From: Phoronis australis
Taxonomy: Eukaryota; Animalia; Phoronida
Direction: 5' to 3'
Length of the DNA: 64,000 bases
Assembly: GCA_002633005.1 (NCBI GenBank)
Contig: NMRA01000205.1
Coordinates: forward strand, 297,273 to 361,272
Positions 1-13,200 of this stretch are shown in pieces. The position numbers and the translations under genes are program-made. A model generated the notes under the pieces. That model saw only the letters and a program-made list of their open reading frames with translations, did not search any database and was not told the origin of the DNA. Within the stretch, counting starts at the first letter, position 1. Each line of letters opens with the position of its first letter.

Positions 1-1278
1 ATTGGCGACGATCAGAAGCTGAGAACGTCTGTGGTATAAATCATGTTTTGTTTACTCTTACAGACACTGGCATGGCATGCAAAGCGAAAAAATATGAAAC
101 TTACCTGAAATCTGAAGTTCACTGTGAAAATCCTTCACTATTCTGTTACACACGTTGGTTTCAAACTCTAAACAACTCAAGTGTTCTTCAACGGAAATTT
201 CAAAATGGCGGTTTTTTTCATGAAGGTCATCTGGTGGAAAGTTTTCTTTAAAAAATAAAATTACACTGTAATACAGCTGCTGGTAATTAATTTTTTATGA
301 AAATTGAAGTTTTATTGTCACACATCTGATTTTTTATAAAAAATCAAAAGTTTTAGCCTTCTTGTGGGCAAGCCTCTAACTGCCCTCTTGTGTTTAAGTC
401 TGTGTTTACCGGTCCAATACCGGCGAGCCGCTAAGGGAAAGTTCACTGGGTTAGTGTCGTGGGGACGGTACTGGGCCATTCGCGGCCCAGAAACGTAAAC
501 CGGTATACGGTACAAGCGTTATCAAGCAACAGAAATCCAGTACTGGGCCAATACTGTCATGTTTACTGGGTGGTTATTAGCATTAACCACACTTTTAACT
601 GAGTTAACAATTACTCCCTCAGCGGGGCTCATAATGCACCGGAAGAGGTCAATTAGTGGAAAGGTCATCAAAAAATTAATGTGTAATTTGTCCTACAATT
701 TTAAAGAATTCCTTTTCATATTGGTAAACCGGTTGCTGTCAATAACTTCTCATAACAATCCCAGTAATGCGCACGCGCAGAGTCCATTTCGACTCAGTGT
801 GAGCCCCAGTAATGTGTGGTCTTTGTTCACTGAAGCTGGAGTAGGGCCAGGCTAACCGTATAGGCATTGGTCCTAGTTAAAACATAGTGTACAGTATTTC
901 AATCACTTTACAATAGAGTTGTGTTCGAGTAAAGACGCCTTTGTCATTTTTCTACACTTTCAGTGAACTGAGTCTTTCACTCGACTGAGTCATAGAGGCA
1001 TCAATGCCTTTCACGTAGACACCTAACTACCTAGATATTTCCTATTTCCCGCCAGTTTACTGCGCCATCTTGTGATTTTAATCCTTTTGACTAAAATAGC
1101 CATTCGATTTGTGGAATAAATGTTTAACTGTAGGTTAAAGATTTTAAATGAAAAAATAAATGTTTATGAAGGTATAAAATATTAATTGTGCCGTGCTTTC
1201 ACCATCATAGGCTTGCTCACTGAAACCCGGTTTCCTTTGTTGTCGAAACTATTTATCCGGGAACTTCAAAATAAAGAA

Positions 1279-4200
1279 ATGGACCGAACACGAAGTGAGT
1301 CTGATTTTTGTCTCAAGGATCGGCTTTTATATAACACTGCAAGATCAATAAAGAAGGTGAGTTTCAGATGAATGCAGTTTACGAATCACTGTAAGAGCGA
1401 AGTATATGTAAGGTTACTAAGAATATATATATATTTATATATTTACATATATATTCAAAAAGTTCGTACACCCAGGAATTGATCACGAGACAAACAAAAG
1501 AGGGCTTCCGTTTGCGTGATCAGCTGATTCTTTTGACAATAAAACTCGTTTTTAAATCAAATTAATTGTTTTTGACAAAGCCTTTCAAATTGGTTTACTA
1601 CAAAAATAATAGCACTTAGAAATTTGATTACATCACTGCCTGAGTGGCATTACGTAACAAACACCACCAATATCCAAATCACTGACAGTGACACAAGAGC
1701 TTATAATACTTTAAAACATAGCCAACAGCTGTGCTGCGCGTTTTGTTGATCTGCGCTATATGCGGATGACGTCATCAAAACCGGAGTAAATCCATATACT
1801 GCACAGGCCCGTTTGTAGATTCCTAAAACGTGCAACACTTTAGGAATCGTGCTGATTTACTGGTAATAGAACAGGAAATGCTTCGTATGATAATAATTCG
1901 ATAATAATGGTTCAAAATTATGCGTTTTACATTAATTAATAGATTTCGGTTGCATTTCCTGTATTTTTTTCATAATTTCATGATGCCCCTACTGAAAGCT
2001 GATTTTACTATATACATGTACGTTATATGTAGGAATACAAATTGTCGAAAACGTATGCCTCATTTATTCAAATCTTATTTTGGCACCTACAGGGGATAAA
2101 AGACGTTTGTATTGTTCATAATGCCAAGCGAGCAGGGCATTGTATGAGGGTTTTCGTTGTTAATTTATATTCTAGAATACCGTCGCCTACGGCGTCAGTA
2201 GTTTGCCCTTGTTGAATGCCAGTTAAGGACTGATTTTCCAAGCAGGGTTGATTTAGGCAGATTACACAGCAAACAGTAAAACAGTTAAAACTTTGATCAC
2301 CAACATCAAAGCATTGTTACCGGCTCCTTAAGTGCCCTCTTTTATTAACTACACAGCAAGAGATAGTTTTACATCACACCACGGCCGGGGGATTAAGTGT
2401 GATTATGGAGGACCCCTACTCTCTTAGTTTGGCAGTTATGGCCTACTCCTCAAAGGAATGCCAACAACAAACCTGAATATCAAATTCAGCCAAAACATTT
2501 ATTCTCATTGGTCAGAGACACTCGATGTAGTGTGATTGGCAATTCTGTGGACTGTTTCTGCCCCAGTACAATAAAATGCGACAGTATGCAGTACTCGAAC
2601 AGATTACTATGTCGAAGCGAATTCTGATCCTCAGGAGAAGCCACGTATGTCGACTCCGCGACTATATGTTGCGAGAGCCGTCAACGAACTTCACCTTCGA
2701 CTTGCGTTTGATCCTGTTGTCAAGATTCATGGTGTTGGCAGAATGACCACCAGGTCACTATTTATATGAACATGTGGTATCCAGTTTCCGGCCAGAAGCC
2801 GTCATTCTGCACGTCGGTGGGAATGATTTGTCCACGGACGAACCGCCCCACGTTCACAGGCATCTTGTTCGATTGGTTCCCCGTCTGAAAGAGGACTACG
2901 GTGTGCAGGCTGTCATCGTGTCGTCTGTACTATACAGGTATCACTTGGACGGGTACAACGACAAGGCCGATGACCTGAACCACCGCCTCGGACATTCTCT
3001 GGAAACCGACCCCACCGTGAAATTCTGGATCCACTGGCGTTTCAACGGCAACAGGAAGCTTATGCACCGAGACCAGGTACACCTCAATGACCAGGGGCAT
3101 TACCGTCTTTACAGGTCATTTAAGTGCGCCATTGTTCACGGCCTTCATTTGGCAATAGTACATCCTGACAAAAAGTTACTCGTTTCAAAATATTGCAAAT
3201 AAATTCAAATGAACCATACATATAGGAACACTGAGTTATAATTAACACATATCATGACTCTGAATAAGCCTACAATTTAGTAAGCAAAACTTGAAGAAAT
3301 TGAAGAAAATCTGTCACGGTTTGCTCGAGTTTCTCTTACCGGGTGCCATTTTTAGGAAGTTACCTGAAATCACGCATGTTGACAAATAAAAAGTCCAAGG
3401 GACACAAATCTTACGAATTTCACCTGATACCTTATCATGCTGTTTTGCAAGTGTCACGTGCTAGCGTCATGCGCTTCGCTCAGTCTCGCGCTAGACCTTG
3501 CCTAACTCACATGACTCAGTTGAAATACTTGTGGTTGTCACGCGTGTGGTGAAAAAGTTTACAGCAACCAAAAAAGTGGAGTTGGAATTCTTCGCCAAAG
3601 TCACCTTAATTCTATCAACTAAGCTTCATCAAAGATATGTATAGAAGTAGAATGGACCAATGAAGAAAGTAAGCATTTTTTTTAAGTGATAGTTTTAAGT
3701 GTGTAATGTATTTTTGATGAGGTGAAAACTCAGAATCGGTGGCCAGATTTGGCCTATCATCCGTTTAAAATACATGGGACGAAATGCGTACAGAAAGCGA
3801 TGGGAAGTATTGTAGCCCCTAACCGGCCAACCGAGGGGCTACGTGTTGCCTATTTAAAACACACCACTAGTTTTTACCATAAGTAAAGAATTAAGGGCGT
3901 ACAGTGGATACAGAACCACAGAAAGTCTTCAAGAGGTTTTCAGTCTTGCCACTATGTGACGCTCTTGTAGTAATAGCTGAGATTACCCAACACGGGAATC
4001 GAACCAGCAACCCCCATAAAACTGGCAAGCGTGCTAACCATTCGGCCTATAGGCAATTGCTCATATGATTCACTGGAAGCACATCTAAAACATTCCCGTC
4101 TTCTCTACGGAACAGGCACGCCATCAGGAAGGTGAATCACCAGGATGTCTCGCATATCACCAACCTGCCTTGGTACCTTTACCACCACAACACAGGTGAA

Positions 4201-7200
4201 CAGAAGGTCATCTCTCATACAGGTTCTCGACTCCTGGAACTTTTACCATCACCTCCATGCACGCCGTCCGAGTTCCACGGGTACTAGTTGGCAATGCTTC
4301 ATCGGTAGATCATCCGTTTGCCAACTACGCCATTTGTAGTAATAGCGAGATCACCCGACACAGGAATCGAACTAGCGACCTCCCATAAAACCGGCAAATG
4401 TGCTAACCATTCAGCTAATAGGCAATTGCCCGTAAGCGAGTAGCTAACAGAGGCTCATATGATTCACAGGAAGCACATCTACTACACTCTTACCAATCGC
4501 AGTGTGATTAGCTATTTCTTAAAGAAATGTGTAAACATCGAGTAGACGGGTCCCACTTCAATATGACTGCCAGGAACCAGTTTTCACGGAACAATGACCA
4601 TTACTGTTACCGTTACTGGTTACTGGCAGCCAGTTTGAAGCAGGATACGTCTATTTGACTTTTACTAGGAGATGCAGACGTAATGCTTATTTGAATGGAA
4701 GGTCAAGCAACAGCCAATTGCGTGCGTCACATAATAGTAAGATTGTAAACGTGGCCAGACTTCGGGCATTCTGTGTCATCTATAGCCATGTATTGCTTAA
4801 GTACTAGTAGCCAATACTCAGCTCTAAACAGAGTTGAAGGGTCATCGTAGGGCTTTTCACCGATTGGTGAAATGGATGTTAAACCAAAAGAATGGGAGGA
4901 AAATTCCTGTTTCAGTCTGGTAATACTAACTTAATCAGATTCCCTTGACACGTTTAGGAAATGGCTAATGGTCTTAGCAGACTTTATATTTTGCCTGTTT
5001 TACCTTCCTTTATCAACAATTAATAAGTAAGTAAACACTAGTAAGTAGTAAGTAAAATGTTTATTTTACATCGGTAAATACAAAACAATTGGTGACTTGT
5101 TAAAACAGGTCATGGAGAACTCTAATTTGATGTTCAGTTCCACTTGTGTTTAAGAGTTGGTTTATCGACTAATACTCTATAAGTTCACATGTTTACTTAA
5201 AACGATTTATATGTAGTGGTAGGCAAAGTTCTAAAAGGAGAAAATAATCTCCCAAGCTCTCTCATGGCTTAGAATCATGTCATTGACAACGTTCAGCTTT
5301 CACATAACCTACAGTATGATGATCCCGGATTTGAGAATCAGAGCTAAATTGCGATTTTCTGCTCAGTGTCCGGAACAGAACTGTTACAACCGATTTTTAA
5401 CTACTTTCAGTTTGTCCCTCAGAAATAGAGTAGTCTGACTAAAACTTTGGTTTTAATTATGAAGGACCCTAGACAGTACAACTGTATGAACTGAACCTCC
5501 TGTGGGGGCCATCCTATGTTTTGCAAATTGAATCTGTTTGCATTTGTGACATGCCCCCAGGATAATGCTTCATGAAACCGCGGAGACTGTCAAGCATTAT
5601 GTATTGACCAAGAATTGTCAATCATGAGTGCAGTGTCCAATGCATGGGACCGATTATTTCCACTCGCCTTTTCATATACTATTCATGAGAGATAAAGGGT
5701 CTGTAACCCTCATTCACTCTATGTTGGATCACCTTCCGACAAGTCTCGTTCAGTGTCACCACTACGTGTCATGGTTCTCGAGATCATAGCGCCGGTCTCA
5801 CAGTTGTAAGACCGGCGCTATGATCTGGATTGCTTTGATTGGCTACTCCGACCTTCCACTTGGGGACAATCATAGCAATCCATGGTTGTAAGACCGGTAC
5901 TATGGTCTCGAGAACCGTGACACATAGTGACGAGATTGAACAAGACTTGTCGGAAGGTGATCCAACATGGAGTGAATGAGGGTTACAGACCCTTTATCTC
6001 TCATGAATGAAGGTTACAGGCCCTTCATCTGGTATGTTGTGAAGAGTAAATGAAAAGATGAGTGGAAATAAGCACCCGTGATCCAATGCATCTGATTGTC
6101 ACATGAACTGGACTCGGGTCACCTTTCAAAAGACTTTCCTTAAATCAAATTCGTTATTTCAAGGTTTAGGAAAAGATAGAAGTGATAGCCCAGGACTTTC
6201 ACTTGTGAATTAGTGTAAATTTCTGCTGCACATTTCTATGAATGACAGTTTAAAAAAGTAATTTCGTTGGCTTAAACCACAGGTGTATTGATTTCTTTGC
6301 AGGCGAAAGACATCTAATGACGCAATTTAAAGCCAACTGCCACTCTGATCCTCATGGGACAAACAGGCCGTTGGCAATGTTTAACGTGAAATATCTGGGC
6401 GTTTTTATTCAATGGTCTTACTCTCAAACATACATAACTCACTCATTGTCTATATGTTGACAATGGAGTTACCATGTTGGTAGTCATAGTAACGCATGAA
6501 ATCCATCTGACTACATTAGTCTGAACACGTAACAACCGCTTTTGAAAATCAGGTTACATGCACTCAAACTTGCATACTCATTCGTGTTCTGTCTGTGGGA
6601 AAAATGATTCTTGAAAAATGAAAATTCTATCCTTAAAAAAATAATGGAAAAAGTCTGGACAATGTATGTCTGGTGTATAGGGAAAATGTGGGCAAGATTT
6701 CGATATTTCCTCAATTTTTTTCTTTAAATTACTGTTATAATGTATCAAGTTGATCACTTGTGGACAGAAGGGTGGTTTCACTTCTCGTAAGGCCAGTTCG
6801 CACTTAGTGATTAGTCTACATCGCAATACCAATGTTGGACAACTGCTGGTCACTCATATGAGCAGTTGGTGGAACTCTACTTTCCACACTGTGCAACATT
6901 TGCTTGCTTGACCTGTTAAGATTGTCGAAACAGAATTGGCAAAATTCGTGCTACCAATCGTCCATGTTTGAGTGCTACTTAATTATCAGTACGCGTGCGC
7001 ACTTCTTTTCGTCTACCAAGTTGTCATCGTATGTTTACCCGTACCATGTGATGACTAGTTGCTGTGACTCGACATGCAAGTTTCAGCTACTCTTAGCGTG
7101 TTGGTTGTACAATGCCTCTGCAACTGTGACAGGAAGTCTGTACTATACTATGGGTCATTGCTTAATCGTTAAGCACTTGTTGGTTGCGCTGCAGAGAAAT

Positions 7201-10200
7201 TCCTGATTGCGAACAGGCCTTACTTAGCCAAATTGCTGACAAAGTAAGACCACGCATCCGCTTGCTGTCTTGAAAGCCCATGGCTGAGTAAGGGAACTGC
7301 AAATGGCAATGCAAATTTTTGAAGAAGTGCCAATGAATTTTTTTGAAAGACCCTCCTGCTGGTTCATTTTGGAAGCAGTCACTATGGGAAATGAATGAAT
7401 TCCAGTTTGTAGTAGTTTGCTGAATTGTAAGTTAGTATTCTGCTTTTGGCACATGTCACCACTCCCCGATTTTTGTTTTATCTTCCACACGCCTAGATTT
7501 TGGAACACATAATTAAGAAAATGGGAATCAGTCCAGCCTCTTTCCGTGACTGGTTCTAGTCTTGAGTCATCACCTTTTGTTGTAGTGGTCCATAATTATT
7601 GACATTTTCAAAAGTCTTGTTCTTGGAACACGTAATTAGAAAAAGGAGATCTCAGTCTAACATTCATCATGTGGCTGGTTGTAGCCTCAAGTAATCACCT
7701 TTTGAGCTTTGTAGGGATCCATAATTATTAACATTCTCAATAGCAACCTCCATAAAGATTACTTTTGATAAAAAAATCTATTTCCTCTCCATTCAGGTGG
7801 TTTCCTTCAACATTTTTAGAAAAATTTTAAAAGTGTAAGCCGGCTGTTAAACCCCTGCTCTAGCCTACATTTTGTGTGCTTTTTTAAAGGCAGTGAGTAC
7901 AGATGATCATGAAACCCTTTCAGGTCCAGGAACATGTTTTTGCTCAGCAAACTCCAGAGGGCACTACTTTGTCACCAGTTCTAACCAATGATGACGTGGT
8001 GGTACAGCCGTTGTTCAAGCACCTTGATAGGCTGTTTATGTCTGGGTAAGTGACACGCTAATTGTAGAAGAATGATGATGAATCAACTTACTCGTAGACC
8101 GTGGTATTGGAGGTTTGAACGTTTCGAACTGTGCTCTACAGTTCTTTTTCAACGACTGGTAGGGGGCGTCCTGGTTTCCAAAAAGCCTACCATGAACCTA
8201 TACCAAGGTTTGCAACTCCCGCCGATCTAATACTACTTCTGGGTAACAGACGGACTGGAAACCAGGACACCCCTCCTACCAGTTGTTGAAAAGAAATGTA
8301 GAGCACAGTTGGAAACAGTCGAACCTCCAATTCCACGGTCTACGAGTAAGTTGATTTTACTTACAAACATACCTTCACCGAGACCATGAAAAACCTCTTT
8401 TCAATCATTGATGATGAACTTCAGATTGTAAGCAAGGTATCGCAATCTACCAATTTGTGCATGTCTAAACATGGTGTTAAATGTCAATTCGAATGTAGAT
8501 GTTTTTTTCCGAATTTATGTTTTCCTTACCTTGTCTTAGAACTTGTGTTTTGGTCAAAGAAACTAAAAGTTAAATCGCATAGCAGTCACACTTTGAATGG
8601 AAAACTGTCTCCGTAAATCAGCTCAGTCTTAAGTCCAAAAATTCTTCACCTATGTAGCACGAAGTAAGACACGAGTGAAATTTTATGAAATAAAATTGTA
8701 TTTTATAAAATTTCATCAGAAAAATAAATATTAAGGGCATTTCAGTCAGTTACTGGTATGGTTTGAATTAATAATTATGTAGTGTCACAAAATAACATTG
8801 TCATTTCTCCAATTTTGGCAATTATTTGTACAAAATGGATGGATATTGCCTTTTTGTTTTTCAGTGCCTTTATAGTTGATGCGATAAAATGCATAAATTT
8901 ATTCATGTTCTTGGCTGTTACTGCAGTTTTACGTAGTTTTAATTTCCCTCCAAAACTGGGCATTAACGCGGATTCATGCATGAGTCTTTGCACCTGTTGA
9001 ATATGAGTAAAAGTGTGGAGTTTGACTTCAATTGAAGTCTAAGATAGGCAGTTGAGTTTCTGCCCTTTGTCGTCAGACTTCGAAGATATTGGCTTATGGA
9101 AACAATTAGAATATAACGGAGTATGTTTCCTCTGTTGATGGCTGTGCTTTTCCTGACACATGCTCTGTTCTAGCCATCAAAATCATTGTTCCTGTTTGTT
9201 CAAATCACAGCATGCCCGTGCTTAATCAACAGTGATCATGTGTCTGAGACCCAGACTTTATGCCAAACTGGGTTCAAAATTTGAGTTGTTGTGCTCTGAG
9301 TTTATTTTCAATTGTAGGTGACCGTGACATGGGCGGTCAATTTTTAAGGTATAGTTTAGTGGTCTCAGGTTTTCATAATGAATGACTACAGTTTCCCTCT
9401 TGCTGTTGTAGCTTATGTGACTTTTTCATATTTGTTTTAGGCTGAAGAAGATAAATGTTGGGTACTGGCCAATGGCCGCTGAAATGAGTCATCGGGAGGT
9501 AGTAAAGGAAATGAAAATTCTATCGAATATCACCACTAGTATTGGCAGAGGTCAGTCAATGAAGTTGGAGTACATAGCATAGTAGTACTGAAATGACTTG
9601 AGATATTTGTTTTTTTCTTGTCTCTGACACGTCCTGTGTGAAGTTCATTGCTCCAATTTCAGGAACATTAAAGCTTCTCAAACTTGTTTGATCTTGTTTC
9701 ACCAAAATAAAACCTATGACCACAGTTACCATAGAAAACAAGATTTTTACCTTGCTTTACTTCATAAGTTGATTTATTGTGAGCGTCGCAAAGTTAAATC
9801 AAAACGCATGCCATTTTGTGAAACGGGATGTCCCAAGGTAATAGTCAAATTACCTTAACAATGCTCAGTATCCCGTGAAAAAAATGTGTTTCTACATACA
9901 TGCTTGTAGCTGTGTGACACATAACAGGCTTTTGCATTGTCTTCATTGATATCGTTTAGGCAACTGTACCAACTGCATAGAATGAATTACATGGTACTCA
10001 CAGCAAATAGAGTTTTAATTTACCATCATGTTTTGTAAAATGCCTCTTTTTGATTGGAAGTGGTGGCTAACATTTCAGTCTGCTTGTCTTTTATGTGTTA
10101 TCATTTGCAATTAAATATAAACTACTGCTTGTTTAAAATACTGTGCCTGGTTGCATGAAACATTCCCAAATAGATACTCAACTACCTAGTAGGTTCTCTA

Positions 10201-13200
10201 AGTATTTGCGTATTTGTGTCATCCTTTACATGCAGATTTCATCTTTTTCTGTCATTTTATCATAAAGGATTCTTCTACTAAATAACATTTTCTAATTTAT
10301 AACTGTAATTTAAGCCCTTAGTTCAATGAAAATAAACATTGACTTTCTCTTTAAATTAAGGGATGTTGCTTGAAAAGATTCCTTCTTATTTTATATATAA
10401 TAAAGCCAAAAATTGGCTTTTGTAAGGAGACGAAAACAGCATAAGAAAGGACAATTGCTGATTTCACAAGTCCAAAAATACACAGATGATTTAGGGAATT
10501 TGGTTTAGACTCTATGTGGGACTGTTTCATGTACACCAGGCACTGATTTCTTATACATACAAAATCATCCATTTCAGGAAGAGCTTGGTTATACCACACA
10601 CTGAATGAAAACCTCTTGGAGTGTTATCTAAGAACGATTGAATCGAATGAAGCACTTGTCAAGCGGTTTTATGACAAGAGCTCCCTGTTTTTTGACCAAC
10701 AGGTGAGTCGTGCTGTATAGAGACCCTGATTTTCCATGTTAGCTGAAAATAGATGAAATTGACAGAATTTTACTTCTTTCAGGGAATTATAAGGTTTTGA
10801 ATAGAATTCCCATATTTCAGTACTAGATACAATTAAATGTGGTGTGCAGCAAGTTGTCAGTAAAATGAAGCTGCGGCATCATTCAGCGGGAAAAGGCAAT
10901 TCCGAAGTCATTTTTATGTAATTATTGATCACTTGAGTTATAGTGAAATCGAATTTGGTTAATATGAAAATTTTTGTAATGGAAAGAATGGAATTTTACG
11001 TTTTGCTAAAACGGATTGTTCTGTTATTGAAAACGGAATATCGGGGTCTCTATCTGTATAATCTCGGTCAAAGCATGAGAATTTAATATTCATATTTTTT
11101 ATGAAGTTGCTGTAAGCGTGCCTGTCATAAAAATCTGATAAAGGCTAATTAATATTAGTATTGAGATTGATCTCGCGTTGTTCAGTTTTGTCGATGCTAT
11201 TGAAATCGGCAGCAGAATAACGGTAGAACAGCATTTTTTTAGCACAGGTAACTACTTTACATGGGGAAGAGTGTAATTGTTCATGAGTTCAATTTCATGT
11301 CAGATTTTATTTGGCCAGTTGTTCACCCACATTGGAGCAAAGATGTATATTTTTACAGCTTTGCAGGCTAACCTGTATACTGCCTTTAACCTGGATGAAT
11401 TTGAAGTTCTGTTTTCTGTCAAAAAGAAATCCATTGTTGCTTATCTTGTGTAACTGTCTTTTAATTTCCAATGTTGTACCTGTCAAAATACATACTGTTC
11501 ATTTTTACTTAACATTTAATGCGAAGTCGAGCTCGTTTAACCCAAGCAGAGGGAAATATTTTCATTGCTTGTTGTGATGCTAAATACCAATCACTTTCAT
11601 TTCAGTATTATTTTTGTCCGTTTTAGAGAATGCAAATCCTTATAACCCTGTGTTCTGGCCTGGAATGTGTGGAATTCTGTCTGGATTATGTAAGTACTAG
11701 TTAAAATCCGACATAAACAGTGTTCTGGTATTTAAACATCAACTCTCTTGCATTCTTTTCTTTTGTTTGAATTGAAACTGGATACATGAAATCGCCAGGG
11801 ATTCCCCTGATGGCCATTACATACGGTGGTCGGTGGTCATGGTGAATGACAAGTAACTTAGCGGGCTTGGTTTGATGCAGTAACAGTCTTCCGTTCTTCT
11901 CAGGACAAGAAATCTTTTAATAATCTGAGTAAATAACAAGGTGAGGGCGATTTTATAGGGGTAAATGGTCTGCATCAGATGTTGTTTTTTTGACAGAAGG
12001 TGAGGGTTAGTCGCCCCTTTCAACTTCCTTTTAACATTTGATACAAGAATATTTTGAGTAAAGTAAGCCAACACACGTTCAAGTTTTTTTCTAGATGACT
12101 AGTACAATGTAGAGAATGAAAAAAGACTGGAGTGGTTGTGTTTGTAGAACGTCGGATGTGAAAAACTTTATTGACGCCTGACAGGAATGCTCAGTGCAAA
12201 CATGTCTACTAGGCTGTAACATAGCCTAAACTGTCATTTTACATGACGCATGTCATGTGGTGATCCAAATCCTAATACAGGAACACAGACATGAAAAACA
12301 AGCACTTATTTGTAGGTTGTTGTTGATTTGCTATCAGAAGCAAATACAATTTGCGGACACTACCCTTATCGGGCTCTAGCCAGGGATGATGCCACAGAGG
12401 CATGACTTTTTTGGGTGAGGGGAAAATTCTTTGCTCTTGGTCACCACTCAATAGACCTCCCATCCCCATCGCCAGCCCTCGTAGACTCTGCCTCGTGAAG
12501 CTGAAACTATTGTTTTGTGCTTTTTCAAATTGTCCCCTGTGTGAGTTAGAAGTGATTCTGACGTTGAGGGTAATTTTTTAGTAACTTGAGGGTAATTTTT
12601 GACAAGTGAAATTCGTATGATTTTGGTGCTGATATTTGGCAGCAAAATATAGGGCCCTAGACCCTCTAGATATTCTCTAGGTCCCCTATGATGCATGTTT
12701 TGTGAAATCTGGGGTCTAAACTTTGTAAATGAAATCAAAACTCAAAACTATTTTTGACATTTTCTATACTACTTCTGTGGGAAACCATGAAACCTGTCCA
12801 ATTTTATAATCGTACATTATGGTTTCTTCATGCTTTTTTGAACACAATGACTATTTGATATAAACTTATAAAAATTGATTTGTCCATAACTGTGTTTTAC
12901 CTAGGACGTGCCGTACCTTGATGTCGACAGCTATCTTCACCTTCAGGATCAAGACACCATGTCAGCATGTAGCTCTGTGTCTACAGTTAGTATTAGAAAT
13001 TGTAGAGTGATTATGGCGGTATTGGTCAACATTAAGCCTTCTCATGATATTTATTTCTTGATTAAATAGTCATTCATTCGTTGTAGTATGGTCATGAANG
13101 GTCTAAACTTTGTAAATGAAATCAAAACTCAAAACTATTTTTGACATTTTCTATACTACTTCTGTGGGAAACCACGAAACCTGTCCAATTTTATAATCGT

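Noticed and set aside
360-860. ORFs 318-515 and 559-855 and CCAGTA/TACTGG-rich tract
   Set aside because: Looks like decayed repeat sequence; no termini, TSD or protein similarity could be established.
3985-4430. Two tRNA genes or tRNA-SINEs (A/B boxes on the minus strand)
   Set aside because: No acceptor stem or proper anticodon arm and no SINE tail; both copies sit inside TG..CA LTRs with PBS, PPT and TSD.
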